A stretch of DNA of 50,018 nt, counting the filler, from Jimgerdemannia flammicorona (taxonomy: Eukaryota): NCBI GenBank assembly GCA_003990765.1. It is 2 parts of 2 records of this genome, joined end to end, with 100 filler letters (N's around TTAATTAATTAA, not from the genome) between each part and the next. Parts side by side here need not be neighbours in the genome. Positions count along the whole stretch, not along the records: positions 1 to 24,964 come from RBNJ01000898.1; 1 more part is not named here. One strand, written 5' to 3'. The notes under the pieces are model-generated. The model saw only the letters and a program-made list of their open reading frames with translations. It was not told where the DNA came from and ran no database searches. Below, in pieces: positions 1 to 11,569 of this stretch (positions are counted from its first letter, which is position 1; each line of letters starts with the position of its first letter). The position numbers were made by a program, and so were the translations under genes.

Positions 1-326
1 TCCCTCTAGAGGCCCTCCCCCCCCCTACCCCTTTCCAATGAAAGACCACTTTGTCCAACACAATCCCCACCCTCCCACTACTCTGGTCACAGATCCTAGC
101 CACCAAACTATGATGTTGCCCCCCCTGAGGGCCCCAACCAACCCACCATCCAGTTAACTGATCCTCCAACAGCTCCTCCCATCTTAATACCTTCTCCTGC
201 AGCCCCATCTACTGCTCCTCCTCAAATACAAAGAGCCAATGACCTGCCAGTCCCATCTACACTGCTAACACCCACCCTATAGTGAGCCAACTATCACCCA
301 CCCCACCCACTAGCCGAGATTTCAAG

Positions 327-887
327 TAGCTGTTCTTGTTTTATGTATATCCATGAGAGTGGTATCTTGTAGCTTTTGAGTACTGGCCTGTGGGAACTTC
401 TGGTAGAGGAGGGTTTCTATTTCATACTCCTGCCATATTTGGAGGCATTTGATAGCAATGGTGATCCTTATTTCCATTTCATAGTAGTAGAGAATATAAT
501 GATAAGAGTCACCAGTACTCAGGTTGACACTAGGAGTCTTTCTTGAGCAGGTCCTCATGGCTCTTCTGATGTCTTAGAACATCCTTTCTTCAACTGAGAT
601 GTCTTGGTAGTTCCTTGACCTTGAGGTTTGGTAAGCAGCAGACATTTCATTTGTAGTAAGTCTTTGAGCTATTTTGGGATTGGTGGGTCTTGTTGGTTGC
701 TGTTACCATAGTTCCTTGGTCCTTCTTTTATATTCCTCAAGATACTCATACTGTGGTCACAATGACTCACAGTTGGTCATCATTGTTCATCTCATATGCT
801 GTATGATCTTTTTGTGCTCTGATCTGGTGACTTATAAGGAAAGACTGTCTCTTGTGCTGATGTTATCATTCTGGAGTCACTGTTATA
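327..887 (-). mobile_element. Truncated LTR fragment (5' ~560 bp) of the family-1 Ty3/gypsy LTR, inverted
   Basis: Reverse complement matches 9920-10480 and 17148-17710 (TATAACAGTGACTCCAGAATG vs TGTAACGGTGACCCCAGAATG). It contains the start of the LTR ORF (ATG at 645; RTCSRKTPSVNL). Confidence 0.95.
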
Positions 888-899
888 ATAAGTAGCTTG

Positions 900-2200
900 A
901 AACTGATAGATATATCTATAGAATAAGTTGATATAGAATATAATTTCTTTGTTTTCTAATAGTCTAGTTAGACTCAAAGATTTTATATCTAGTATATTAT
1001 AGTTTTTAGCATTTCTTACTTACTTTATTATAGAGTTTCTTGATCTAAGTCTCTTAGAGTAGAGGATTCTAATTGATTGACTCATTCTCTCTAATTTATT
1101 TTAAGTTTATTTAACTTATTTTAACTAATTTCTGAATTTATATAAGGTTTTTTAATAAATAAGATATCATATTACTACTACTATCAAGTATAATAGTTTT
1201 AATTTAGTTTTAAAATAGTTTAAAGAGATACTTATAGATTCAAGTAGTTATAAAAGATTTCTAGAAAAGATATTCTAAGTTTTTTTAAACTTAAAAAAAG
1301 AATATTTATATAAGATTTAAAAAAAAGATCTAGAAGAATTTTAAAAATATATAAAAAAAAAATCAAGAAGTGATTCTTTATAAAGATGACTAATAAAATT
1401 CTATAATATTTCAAAAAGTTTTATAACTAGCTAAGATAAGCTACTTCATACTAAAAAAGACAAGAATGGTCTAATAACTTCTTAATATTAAAATATACTA
1501 AAATATTATAAAATATTTAAGAGAAAATTAAAAAAGACTAGAGAAAATATAAGAAAAATAAACTATAACCAAGATATAATAAAGAAATTATTATGTAAAA
1601 TTGAAAAGAAGATATAGAAATTTTTTTTTTAAAAAAAAAAAAAAAAGCTAAAAAAGTAATTTTAAAAAAGAATAACTAATATAGTTTTATAATATTTTAA
1701 GAAGATAAGATACTTAGTATCAAGAAAAGATGAAAATGTTTTAGTAGAGTTTAATATTATATATGTGAAAGAATTTTTAAGTATTTAAACAATACTAGAA
1801 TATTATAAAATATTTAAGAAAAAGAAAGAAAACTAGAAAATAATATGAAAATAGACTAGAACTAAGATATAAATAAGAAATTATTATAAATATTTTTTAA
1901 GTTTTTATAACTATTTAGAGTAAAATAATTAATAATAAAAATAAAAAATATTTTCTTTAGCTTATTTTTAAGAGAAGAAAAAATAAATAAAATAATATAT
2001 TTTTAAAGATAAATTATTATTATATTATTATATAAAGATTTTTTTAATATAGTATCTAATGATTATTATAAATAGTTCTTATAATAGTAATTAATATTTA
2101 ATATATTATCTATAAATATTAAATATTATATTTTAAATATTATAATTAAAAATGAATTAATATTAGCAATACTTGTGTTAAATAAATAAATAAGTAAATA
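900..2200. repeat. Extremely AT-rich, mutationally decayed repeat relic
   Basis: No CpG seen and very little G/C. A ~90-bp block recurs at ~1502 and ~1799 (AATATTATAAAATATTTAAGA...GAAATTATTAT). Confidence 0.55.
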
Positions 2201-2559
2201 AATTTATTATTTGTCAATGTTAATGTATTTTGAACTTTGACATATGTGATTTCTTTTCAATCAAATCAAATTAGAAGATGATTATGAATGGGTCACGTGT
2301 GCTCCAGTGGCGAATGTAGGTCATGTGATTTATTGAATTGATCAACGATCATTGTCTCGCAAAATCACACTCACACCTTACTTACACACTTTATCAACAT
2401 GCGATTGTCTTTGTCAAAGTATGAGAGTGGTGAAAACACTGGCGAAACCAGAACCTACGTTCGTGTATCTGTTGCTGATGATGCCCACCCCGATTTCGTC
2501 GACAGTCATTCATTCGATCTGAAACAATTGCAAAACCGTCGATCCAGAATCCCTCATCC

Positions 2560-3388
2560 TTGAAGCTCAGAAACTATGGAAAATTGTTGTTCGATGCCCT
2601 CTTCTCAGATGATGAGTCCAGTCTTGCCCGACAATTGCTACAAAATGTATTGCTGCCTCACCCAATCGGTCGGGTCCTGCTTGAGCTCAATGGCAACAAG
2701 GAGCTCGATGGCATCCCTTGGGAGTATGCATGGGACGGAAAGGAATACTTGATTCGTCAATTCATATTCACACGTGCGCTCGATAGGGAAACGCACCAGC
2801 TTCCCAAACTTCCTTTGCGCATTGTTGTCGTTGCTCCTGATCCCACAGACTCAATCGAAAAGAACCTGCCTGAACTTCATCTTAGCGACCAATTTCAGAG
2901 CATTATTGACCAATACTATAGTAACTCAAACAAGGTCATGTTGGAACGTGTCCTCCCGGCAACTATAATGAAGATGGAATCTATGCTCTCTGTCAAGCAT
3001 GACGAGATGGCCAAGGTACTTCACTTCAAGGGACACTGTATCGAAGCTGACGACAATTCCCGGGCTCTTGTCTTTGAACACCATGAACATGGTAATATTG
3101 ATGTCGTGAAAATGCTACGCTTCATCAGTGCCACTGAGAACCTGAGGTTCGCGGTTTTATCCGCCTGAAATACTCGCGAGGTCGCTCGAGATATTGTCCA
3201 GCATGGCGTTCATAACGCCATCGGTTCCTTTTGTTCATTACCCGATGACATTGCCCGAATGTTCGAGGCACTGTTCTTTCGATTCCTTGTTCTGGGTCTA
3301 TCCGTTGACAAAGCAATGTGGAGGACGCGCTTGGAACTTGGGAACGGAAAAGGCAAACGGCAACGCGATTACCTTGCAGGAGCAATGG
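2560..3388 (+). other. CHAT (caspase-like) protease domain with TGA at the catalytic-Cys position
   Basis: ELDGIPWEYAW, VLHFKGHC, FAVLSA[TGA 3166-3168]NTREVARDIVQHGVHNAIG; the frame continues into ORF 3259. Confidence 0.85.
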
Positions 3389-4789
3389 TGGGTTATGACA
3401 TGTATGCTAATAATGGTTCAACCTTCCTAGTAATCAAAATCTCATGCATGTCAATGCATTCCATAACTAGATACTCTATTCAACAACGTCTGAGACGACT
3501 GACAGTTTGTTTCTGTGCGAATCGGGGAAGCCCACGGTTAACCTCAACATGTTCCCCAACAACTATGCCAACATCCTCATCACGAAGAATTCTGTGGACG
3601 CAGGGAACAGCTTGCCAACTTAAAAACGCCTTAAGGCGCATGGCGAGTCGTCGGAGCGTCTCTTCAGACCTGTGCACCATCACAGGCATCAGTGGCCAGG
3701 GCAAGGTTAGTCCTAGAAAATTCATTGTCAAATCTACACTACAAGTGAATAGGAGTATATAGTTAATCTTTTTATTACCTATATTAGACATCATTGGCTC
3801 TGGAGGCTGTGAAACGGATCGCACACATCTTTCCCAGGTGAATGTTCGCTTGGCAGTTCAAAGATGATGTGCCGATTTAAGCTACAACGTATCTTCGCCA
3901 TCTGGTGAACGTCATACAACCCGAGCTAGTGAATTACATATTCCTTAAAGACGCCGAGGCGCAGCCGAGTCACAATGACATATTAGACATTGGACGGAAG
4001 ATCTTTAATCAATTCAGTGCCTCGTTTTTGTTGATCCTCGATCATGCCGACACCCTGAAGCGCGCCGAATCCCGTGGCAACGCAGAGGCACTTGCGATGG
4101 TGGCTTTACTTAAGGAGGTTTTAATGAAACCGGACATCGCTGTGAAGATCTTGGCAACTTCGCAAGAGCCTTTGAGATGGCCAGGGGAGGTCAGCATGCA
4201 TCTCGACGGTTTTTGTGATTTGGACGTTGACGGTGGCGTCGAGTTATTCATTCGAAAGCTTGATGCACAAGATAGGCAAATGATGAAGAGGGAGACAAAT
4301 TCTACGCTTCAGCACCTTGTCAGGCTCGTAGACGGACATCCACTGTGTCTGGAATTCCTTGCCCATGCAGTTGGCCTACCACAATATCGCAATGAATCGC
4401 TTGAGAAACTCGTTCATGAACAGGTCAGAAAATTGCTAGAGGAAGGCTCGAATGGGAATAGAAACCTCGGCACTCTTTTCCGGCCAATGATGGACACTCT
4501 TCCTATCGAACAGAGCCTGCTACTGTATATTTGTTCTCTATTCACCGATCCAATCACCTATGGGGTGCTCGCTTTTGTCCGTTACTTTGTCAACAACTCT
4601 GGTGAATCATTGGAATGGATCTATTCTTATATGGAGTTCATTGTAAAAAATCTACATCATCTTTGCGATTGTGGATTACTGTCTCGAAACGATGAAGAAT
4701 ACAGGATTCAATTCGCCCTTAGGGAGGGCGCGAGACAGTGTAATTCTACGTTGAAATTCCGCCTGCATTTGCCGATCCCAGGCTCATTT

Positions 4790-5333
4790 GATGATACATT
4801 TGTAGCTGGCGTAGTCGGACCGCCTCCACATGGTGAGTTAAATGCTGAAACGATATGATTCTTTTTCTCCTGTTCACTTTCTAACTCTACCAATCTTCAA
4901 ACAGTGAAATCCATGGTGCCGGAATGGCAACTTCGCAGAATTCGAGCCAACGCCCATAGGGAGCAGAGGACCAGGGGTTTCGGAATAAATTACTACTCCA
5001 TTGGAAATGCAGGTCTTAGAATTTTCAATATTCCCGGCATCAACGACCACTCTCCCGCTAAAGCAGCGGAACAGCAGCATGAAACATATCTTCAGTTGGT
5101 TGTATTCATATACGATATATCCGAAGGCAACAACAAGAGCTTCTCTCGGTACTGCATGGAACAAATATTACCCCTGGTACAAGAAAAACAAATCACGTTT
5201 ATCCTTTGTTTGAACCATTCCCACGAGACATATTAAAGAAGGATTGCTTCAATTCTGTTGAAGAAAGCTGCCAAAATTCTTCAAGATTATCTTGCGAAGA
5301 CGCACTGGATCATTAGTACAGAGGTTTCATCTG
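4790..5333 (+). other. Degenerate Ras/Arf-like small GTPase domain inside the NLR
   Basis: VAGVVGPPPH|VKS (G1-like), RTRGF (G2), LRIFNIPG (G3), LVVFIYDIS, FILCLNHSH (G4), ISTEVSSG (G5) occur in the expected order and spacing. Confidence 0.6.
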
Positions 5334-6986
5334 GTAAGTTTATATTTCATATCTATCCTAACAATTTCCATCATCTACCTCAAATATTTATAGCACACTA
5401 TTGTTACATTTGTTTGACTTATTACCAAACACACATTTTCTAATAGACATAGTACAAGCAAGGGACGGAACGTCTGAAATCGTAGGTAAGGGATACTTTC
5501 TGTATTTTTGAATGAATGTACTCGATTATTTTGGAATACTTAAATAACGGAATAACTTTCAAACGACCTACAGTGCGGAATGAAAATATAAACCACAACA
5601 GCAAAATGATTTACCGTAAACTCAACGACAACGTCCGCATGGAAGGACTTTTCATTGGGCCACAACGGGTCTCGAAGAATTGGACAAACTTCTCAAAGGC
5701 CATGAACGTTATATCACCATCAAAGGATTCGGCGGGATGGGCAAAACATCATTGGCGCTTCAGGTTTTCAATAACTTTAACTCTGGCAGAGCTCTTGCAC
5801 TATCTCTCGCTGGAACACCTAAATCAAGTCAAGTGATCCTGAATATTGCAGAATTTTTTGCTATCGACATTACGGGCTTAAATGATCAAGAACAGCAGTA
5901 TAAAGTGCTTCAAAATATGGAAAGCGACGAGAAAATCTTGCTCTATCTTGGAAATATGGAGGACGTCAAACATGGAATTCAGCGAAAAGACTCAGAAGCA
6001 AAGGCTCTGAAAAAGATTACCCAGAAATGTCAAAATTCTCGCAACATCACGGGTAGCACTTGCTTGGCCTAAAGAACATTTGATCGAACTGGCGGGCATG
6101 GTATTACACGACGGTATGCAGGTTTTTGAACAGTGGATCACACAGCGATTGGAAGAGGTGAATATAGATGACAAAATCAGACAGGAGCTTAGCCGTGTAA
6201 CTGGTGGTCACCCATTGTCACTGCGCCTTCTTGGAAGTATGTATGATAATTGTAATAACCCCATCCAACAATTCATCAAAGACATCGGCAATCTGCTTCC
6301 GGTGGCTGAGAATTGGGAAGCTATTGATGACCGACACGAAACAGTAGACGCCTGCATCAAGTACACCTTTGATTATTTGGACGATATGCTTCAGAAATTC
6401 CTGGGTCAGTCGAGGGAATGGAATGTTCCATTTACATCAACCCTCATCTTCAGGGCTTTGAACCATGACCCTGTTACATCGCCGGTGGCAACCAATTTGC
6501 ACAAACTTTGGCAAAGAAGCTGGCTAAACCGACGAAAATACGAGGTCGACCCAATGCTCGGTGACTGGCGCCCCAACATTATCGAAAATGAATCGGAGTT
6601 TTATAGCCTGCATCCACGCCTACACGACTTTCTCAACCACCACTTTAACAACATTGAGGCCACTCTACCCAACGATGCAGAAATTCAATTTTACACCGCG
6701 CTGTGTTACGGAGTTGGATTTGGTGTTGCAAATATTCTAGCCAAGCAAATTGAGTGGTGCACTAAGGCTGCGGACAACGGACATTTGGAGGCGCAGTTAG
6801 CGCTAGCTGCATCAAGGAGGGTGCTGGGTTAGCCCAGACCCGAAGATGGCATTTAATTTGTACTTGAAGACTGCGGAGGCAGGCAGCAAACAAGCACAAA
6901 GCGAGATCGTAATGTGTTATAGAAAGGGAAAAGGTGTCGAAATCAATGAGGAAAAAGCGACTTATTGGGAGCAAAAGCTTCAGGGT

Positions 6987-7076
6987 GTTGAAGGAAACAA
7001 GATGGCGCCACTTTTAGTTGAAGGAAACAAGACGGCGCCACTTTTAGTTGAAGGAAACAAGACGGCGCCACTTTTG
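6987..7076 (+). repeat. In-frame 30-bp tandem repeat x3 (VEGNK[M/T]APLL)
   Basis: GTTGAAGGAAACAAGAYGGCGCCACTTTTR occurs three times. Confidence 0.95.
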
Positions 7077-7439
7077 ATGAAGTTCGACCTTTCTCTCCCA
7101 CTCATCCATCGCTTGGCATTCGGTGGAGATGCGGCAAGGGTCAGATCACTCTGTAGTGGTCTCAGTGACGTCAGTGTTCGGGACAGAATTGGCAGAACGC
7201 CGCTGTACGTGGCTGCACAGAACGGTCACATTGACGTGATCGAGTGACACGTGTATGAATTTCAGGCAGAGATTTCCCCAAAAGACTTGTATGATGACAC
7301 CACTGCACCTAGCCGCAGAAACCGGTCGCACCGAGCTTTTGTCAACGACTTTGGCGTTGACGTCAATATCAAAAATTATGTCGGAGTAACACCCCTTTAC
7401 AGTGCTGCACGAAAAGGCCACGTCGATATTGTGAGGTTG

Positions 7440-7850
7440 CTCTTGGCCGACTCCAAGGCTGACGCCAAAGCTAAGGACGGCGAGGGATGGACGCCGCTTC
7501 ATTTCGCTTCAAGCGAGGGGCACGTCGAGGTCGTAAAGGTGCTCTTGGCCCACTCCAAGGTGGACCCCAACGCCAAGACCAACGACGGATGGACACCGCT
7601 TCACTGTGCTTCAAGCGAGGGGCACGTCGAAGTCGTAAAGGTGCTCTTGGCCGACTCCAAGGCGGACGCCAACGCCACGGATAACTTGTTGTGGACCCCG
7701 CTTCATCTCGCTGCGCAGAACGGGCACGTCGAGATCGTTGAGGTGCTCTTGGCCGACTCCAAGGTGGACCCCAACGCCAAGACCAACAATGGATCGACGT
7801 CGCTTTACTGGGCTACTTGCAGAGGGCATCCCGAGGTTGTGAGGATGCTG
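7440..7850 (+). repeat. Ankyrin repeats as 102-bp units with high internal DNA identity
   Basis: CTCTTGGCCSACTCCAAGG recurs at 7440, 7542, 7644 and 7746; the translation gives GWTPLHxA...GHVEVVKVLL units. Confidence 0.95.
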
Positions 7851-10161
7851 GAGGCCGGGCGCCAATGCCAAGAAAAATAATGAATCAACTCTGCCTCACT
7901 TCCCCAGGCAGCGCGTCGTAGTTTTGAAGATGGACGATCGAAATGTCTTTACAGGGGCACTAAGCGGAGGATTCATAACTTGAGATTCCTGACCTGGTAG
8001 GGAATTTTGCTGGATAGAGTGTATCAAAACTTGTGCCGTCTGGAGATTTTGTCACCGTCGGGGTAGGAGATAGCGTGGAAAGAATAGAACGAAAGCCAAA
8101 TATATTTTTTAACAAAGAAAAAGAGGTTCTCATAAAAATTCTTTTCAAAAGTTCAAATGATGGTAAGGGAGTGTTGTTTTGGAGTTTCTATTTCGATTCC
8201 ATCATGTCATCTTTGTTTTGTGGAACCCCAAGATAGTTGATCGGCAAGCGCTATGTCGAGATCGCTATCACAGCTTGCGCACACCACGACCGCCATGCTT
8301 CATAGTAATAGATATTACTGACGAAAGCTTTAGAATGGATGGTGGGGTTGGTGTTATAGTTGTCTTGGGTTTGTGTTTAGGGTGCGGCTGATCGTAGAAT
8401 ATAGAATGGATGTTAGGGCAAGGTGCGCCGTGATTGATGGTGTGGTGAATTGGAAGGTGGCATGGCGACAGATAGGGTGATGACAAGCATTTGGGTGGAC
8501 GAAATGAAGGGTGGGAAGCGTGAACTACAAAGTCACCGGATAGAGATAGTAGCTGATCGTATACCCGACCTCCATTCGTTCCCATCCCTCCTACACCATT
8601 GCCCGACCAGATCTGCCGCCAAGCGCCATTGCTATTTTGACAACCCTGTCATAAGAATCTCTGCCTCGTCGCTTGAATGGAATCAGTTAAAGTTTAGTGG
8701 TGAGTGCTTTTATTTTATTTTATTTTTGGAAAGCTCAGAAATAATTTCCAGCCTGGCCCCGCCCAACCCTCTCGGCCCATTCAGGAAGTAATTACATCCC
8801 TTCGCCATTACCTCCGGGACCACTTAACCCTCCACCGCCAACCACGCCAGACCCAAACCTGTCCAACATCCCCGTTGGTAGGGGGGGGGGTATACGTGGT
8901 TTTCAGGTCATGCCGTCCGGACGTCATGCTGTCCTGACGGTGGTCTGCCGGTTTGGCATTGATTTTCTGTTCAAAACATATTATGAAGACGAGGTGGCAA
9001 AAAGAGGAATTGAGTCCATTAGCATCGTTCATAGTAACCATAGCCAAACACCTTAGTATGGCACAGATGTATCAATAAGATGCCAACTTACATTCAAATC
9101 GTGGGGACGTTCTGGTATTAAATTCTAAGTGAACGCATCGCGCAAATAACGACATATGGGACAACAATTAGCAATGTTCGACAGATAGTATATAATAGCC
9201 CAGCCGGGAATATTACGTCGTTCGAGCTTTGCAAGCTGGGCGTTGCAATTATTTTTAACATCCATCATCCTTTCGAAATTCGCCGAACTATACTCTTCTT
9301 TGAACGCCGTTCTGACCTCACTACCCTCACTAAGTGAATTGTATACAACTATTAAAATATCTGTTATACAATGAAATCAATCATGAACTTATTTTTAGAT
9401 ATATATATATTACACCAAGTTTCACATCTAAGCTATGGAATTTTGAGAAATGGTTAAGTCAGCCTCTTATTGTATTTCTTTTTCTTTCTTTGTTTTTTTT
9501 TGAAAAAAAGAAAAAAAAAATAAAAACGTTGATTCTAGTTGGAGGAAACCTTGCATGCCACTGGTAGCATATCTTTAGGAGAGGCCACTTTCAACATGTG
9601 AAGATTTCGTGCATTGCAGAATATGAAATAGATTGACAATAACCTTGAAACACAATAATATAATACTGACAACCAGCAAAGCAAGACATGCACTAAGTGC
9701 AAGACCATCAATACAGACAATGGCCATATCATTATAGCTGAGTTTTCCTTTATGGAGGTGGTGTTGCCCTTCAGGCTAAGACCACAGTAAGATTGCACAT
9801 CCAGTTTAGTATATAAATATACCATTGTTTGGTTTCTGGATTTAAATATTTACTTGAATAATTTATAATGAAGCTATTAACCCATTAGGGTTTTGCAAAA
9901 AGGAATAGAAGAAATATATTGTAACGGTGACCCCAGAATGATGACATCAGCACAGGAGACAGCCTTTCCTTACAAGCCACCAGATTGGAGCACAAGAAGA
10001 TCATACAGCATATGAGATGAGCAATGATGACCAACTGTAAGTCATTGTGATCACTGCACAAGTATCCTGAAGAATATAAAAGAAGGATCAAGGAACTGCA
10101 GTAGCAGCAACCAACAAGAACCACCAATCCCAAAATAGCTCAAAGACTTACCATAAACGAA

Positions 10162-10989
10162 ATACCTGCTGCCTGCCAAACCTCAAGGTCAAGGAATCAC
10201 CAAGGTATCTTGGTCAAGGAAAGAATGTTCCAAGACATCAGAAGAGCCATGAGGACCCACTCAAGAAGGACTCCTAGTGTCAACCTGGGTACTGTAGACT
10301 CTTATCACTTCATTCTCTACCACTGTGAAATGGAAACAAGGATCACTATTACTACCGAATGCCTCCAAATGTGGCAGGAGTACAAAATAGGAAACCTCCT
10401 CTGCCGGGAGTTCCCAGAGGCCAGCACCCAAGAGCTACAAGATGCCACTCCCATGGATATACATGAAACAAGGACAGCTAAGAAGATCCATCAGATCTTC
10501 AGACATATACCATGGTCAATCCCCAACTTGGAGTATGTTAGAGTCTCAGATTTTAGAGACCTATCATCCCACCATATCAATGCACTAGAAGCCAGGGTGG
10601 CTACAGAAGCCCAGTCCACTATCACCCTCAACAGTGAAGAAGTAGAAGACTTCTGGCACCCTATCCTTCAGGACAACTCAGATCAATTCCTGCAAGGATT
10701 GATCTCAGTATTCCAAGGCCCAAGCATCCAGGTTAGATCTCCCCAAGACCCCACATTTGTTCCTTATTTTGTGGAAGAGAACCTCATAGACTGGAGAGCT
10801 CCAGACCTTGTCCCTGATTTCCCTGCCACAGCCAAATGTGATGATGTCATCGATGACATCATCCTGCATGACATACCTGAAGCACATGAAGTACACGAAA
10901 CATGTGACCTACATGACGAATTCGCAGACCTCATCTCCTTCAGTGATGATGATGATAAAGCCCCCATGATCCTGAACTTTCTACTCTAA
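10162..10989 (+). CDS. LTR (U3)-encoded protein of unknown function, 275 codons, acidic C-terminus
   Basis: Open frame of 828 nt. The start is ATA here but ATG in the other two copies (17390; 645 on the minus strand). Same length in the 3' LTR (17390-18217). Confidence 0.75.
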   Translation: MPAACQTSRSRNHQGILVKERMFQDIRRAMRTHSRRTPSVNLGTVDSYHFILYHCEMETRITITTECLQMWQEYKIGNLLCREFPEASTQELQDATPMDIHETRTAKKIHQIFRHIPWSIPNLEYVRVSDFRDLSSHHINALEARVATEAQSTITLNSEEVEDFWHPILQDNSDQFLQGLISVFQGPSIQVRSPQDPTFVPYFVEENLIDWRAPDLVPDFPATAKCDDVIDDIILHDIPEAHEVHETCDLHDEFADLISFSDDDDKAPMILNFLL

Positions 10990-11197
10990 GTTCTTTGTTA
11001 CACTAGATAATGCCAGCACCAGTATTCTCATGTGATACTGGATAATGCCAGCACTAGTATTCTGAGGTGATGCAAAATTGTTCCAGCACTGGCATTTTGA
11101 TGTGACACTAAATAATGCTAGCCCTGGAACTTAGTAGTTTTAGTTATTGGAATTTATATTTAGCTTTATATCTTAGCAACCATTGAATTATATTTTG

Positions 11198-11230
11198 TAT
11201 AAATACTCCTCTTATTTCCTCTAAAATAAA
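11198..11230 (+). promoter_or_regulatory. LTR TATA box (TATAAATA) and AATAAA signal
   Basis: TATAAATA at 11198-11205 and AATAAA at 11225-11230; both conserved in the 3' LTR (18391). Confidence 0.6.
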
Positions 11231-11452
11231 GTCAGTCAATTCAGTACATTCAGTTCAGTATAATACACACAATCCCTTGCAAGCAATCTAAGAGATAACA
11301 AGACAGTTAAAGATAAGAAGTTTGAGGACTATAAAACCTTGGGAAGGCACTCCAATAAGAACTTGCTTATAACAACTTAAGTTAGTCTAAGAGATATATC
11401 TTGAAGAGAATCTGGTGTATTTGAAGGACTCAGTAACCACTATGTGACAACT

Positions 11453-11468
11453 TGGTACCCATTGGCTT
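11453..11468 (+). promoter_or_regulatory. Primer-binding-site-like sequence
   Basis: TGGTACCCATTGGC lies 3 nt after the LTR end; the primer tRNA was not identified. Confidence 0.55.
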
Positions 11469-11569
11469 GTGATTCAAGATGAATTCCTCACTTTCAAGCT
11501 GAAAAATGAACAACTCCCACAACAACTACCCTGACTACAAGAGTCATCCCTGCAAGAATTCAAGACAAG

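Larger units (their letters stand above)
2399..7880 (+). pseudogene. NLR-like gene: CHAT protease - NB-ARC/STAND - small-GTPase-like - NB-ARC - SEL1 - ankyrin repeats; multi-exon, with frameshifts and stops
   Basis: CHAT motifs IPWEYA, VLHFKGH, VLSA*. Two Walker A motifs (TGISGQGK|TSLA across an intron; KGFGGMGKTSLA). Walker B LLILDHAD and LLYLGNME. GHPL motif twice. SEL1 (KAADNGHLEAQ, CYRKGKGVE). Ankyrin GWTPLH repeats. GT..AG introns at ~3389-3470, ~3706-3788 and ~4833-4903. Confidence 0.85.
9920..11449 (+). repeat. 5' LTR (1530 bp)
   Basis: TGTAACGG...GTGACA; matches 17148-18642, with one extra ~35-bp tandem unit near 11005-11040. Confidence 0.97.

Noticed and set aside
1..326. C-rich stretch resembling the reverse of the G-rich ORF1-like elements
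   Set aside because: Only compositional similarity; no alignable motif found.
1232..1414. Hydrophobic ORFs in AT-rich tracts (also 19358-19561 and 20353-20781)
   Set aside because: Low-complexity products of decayed DNA.
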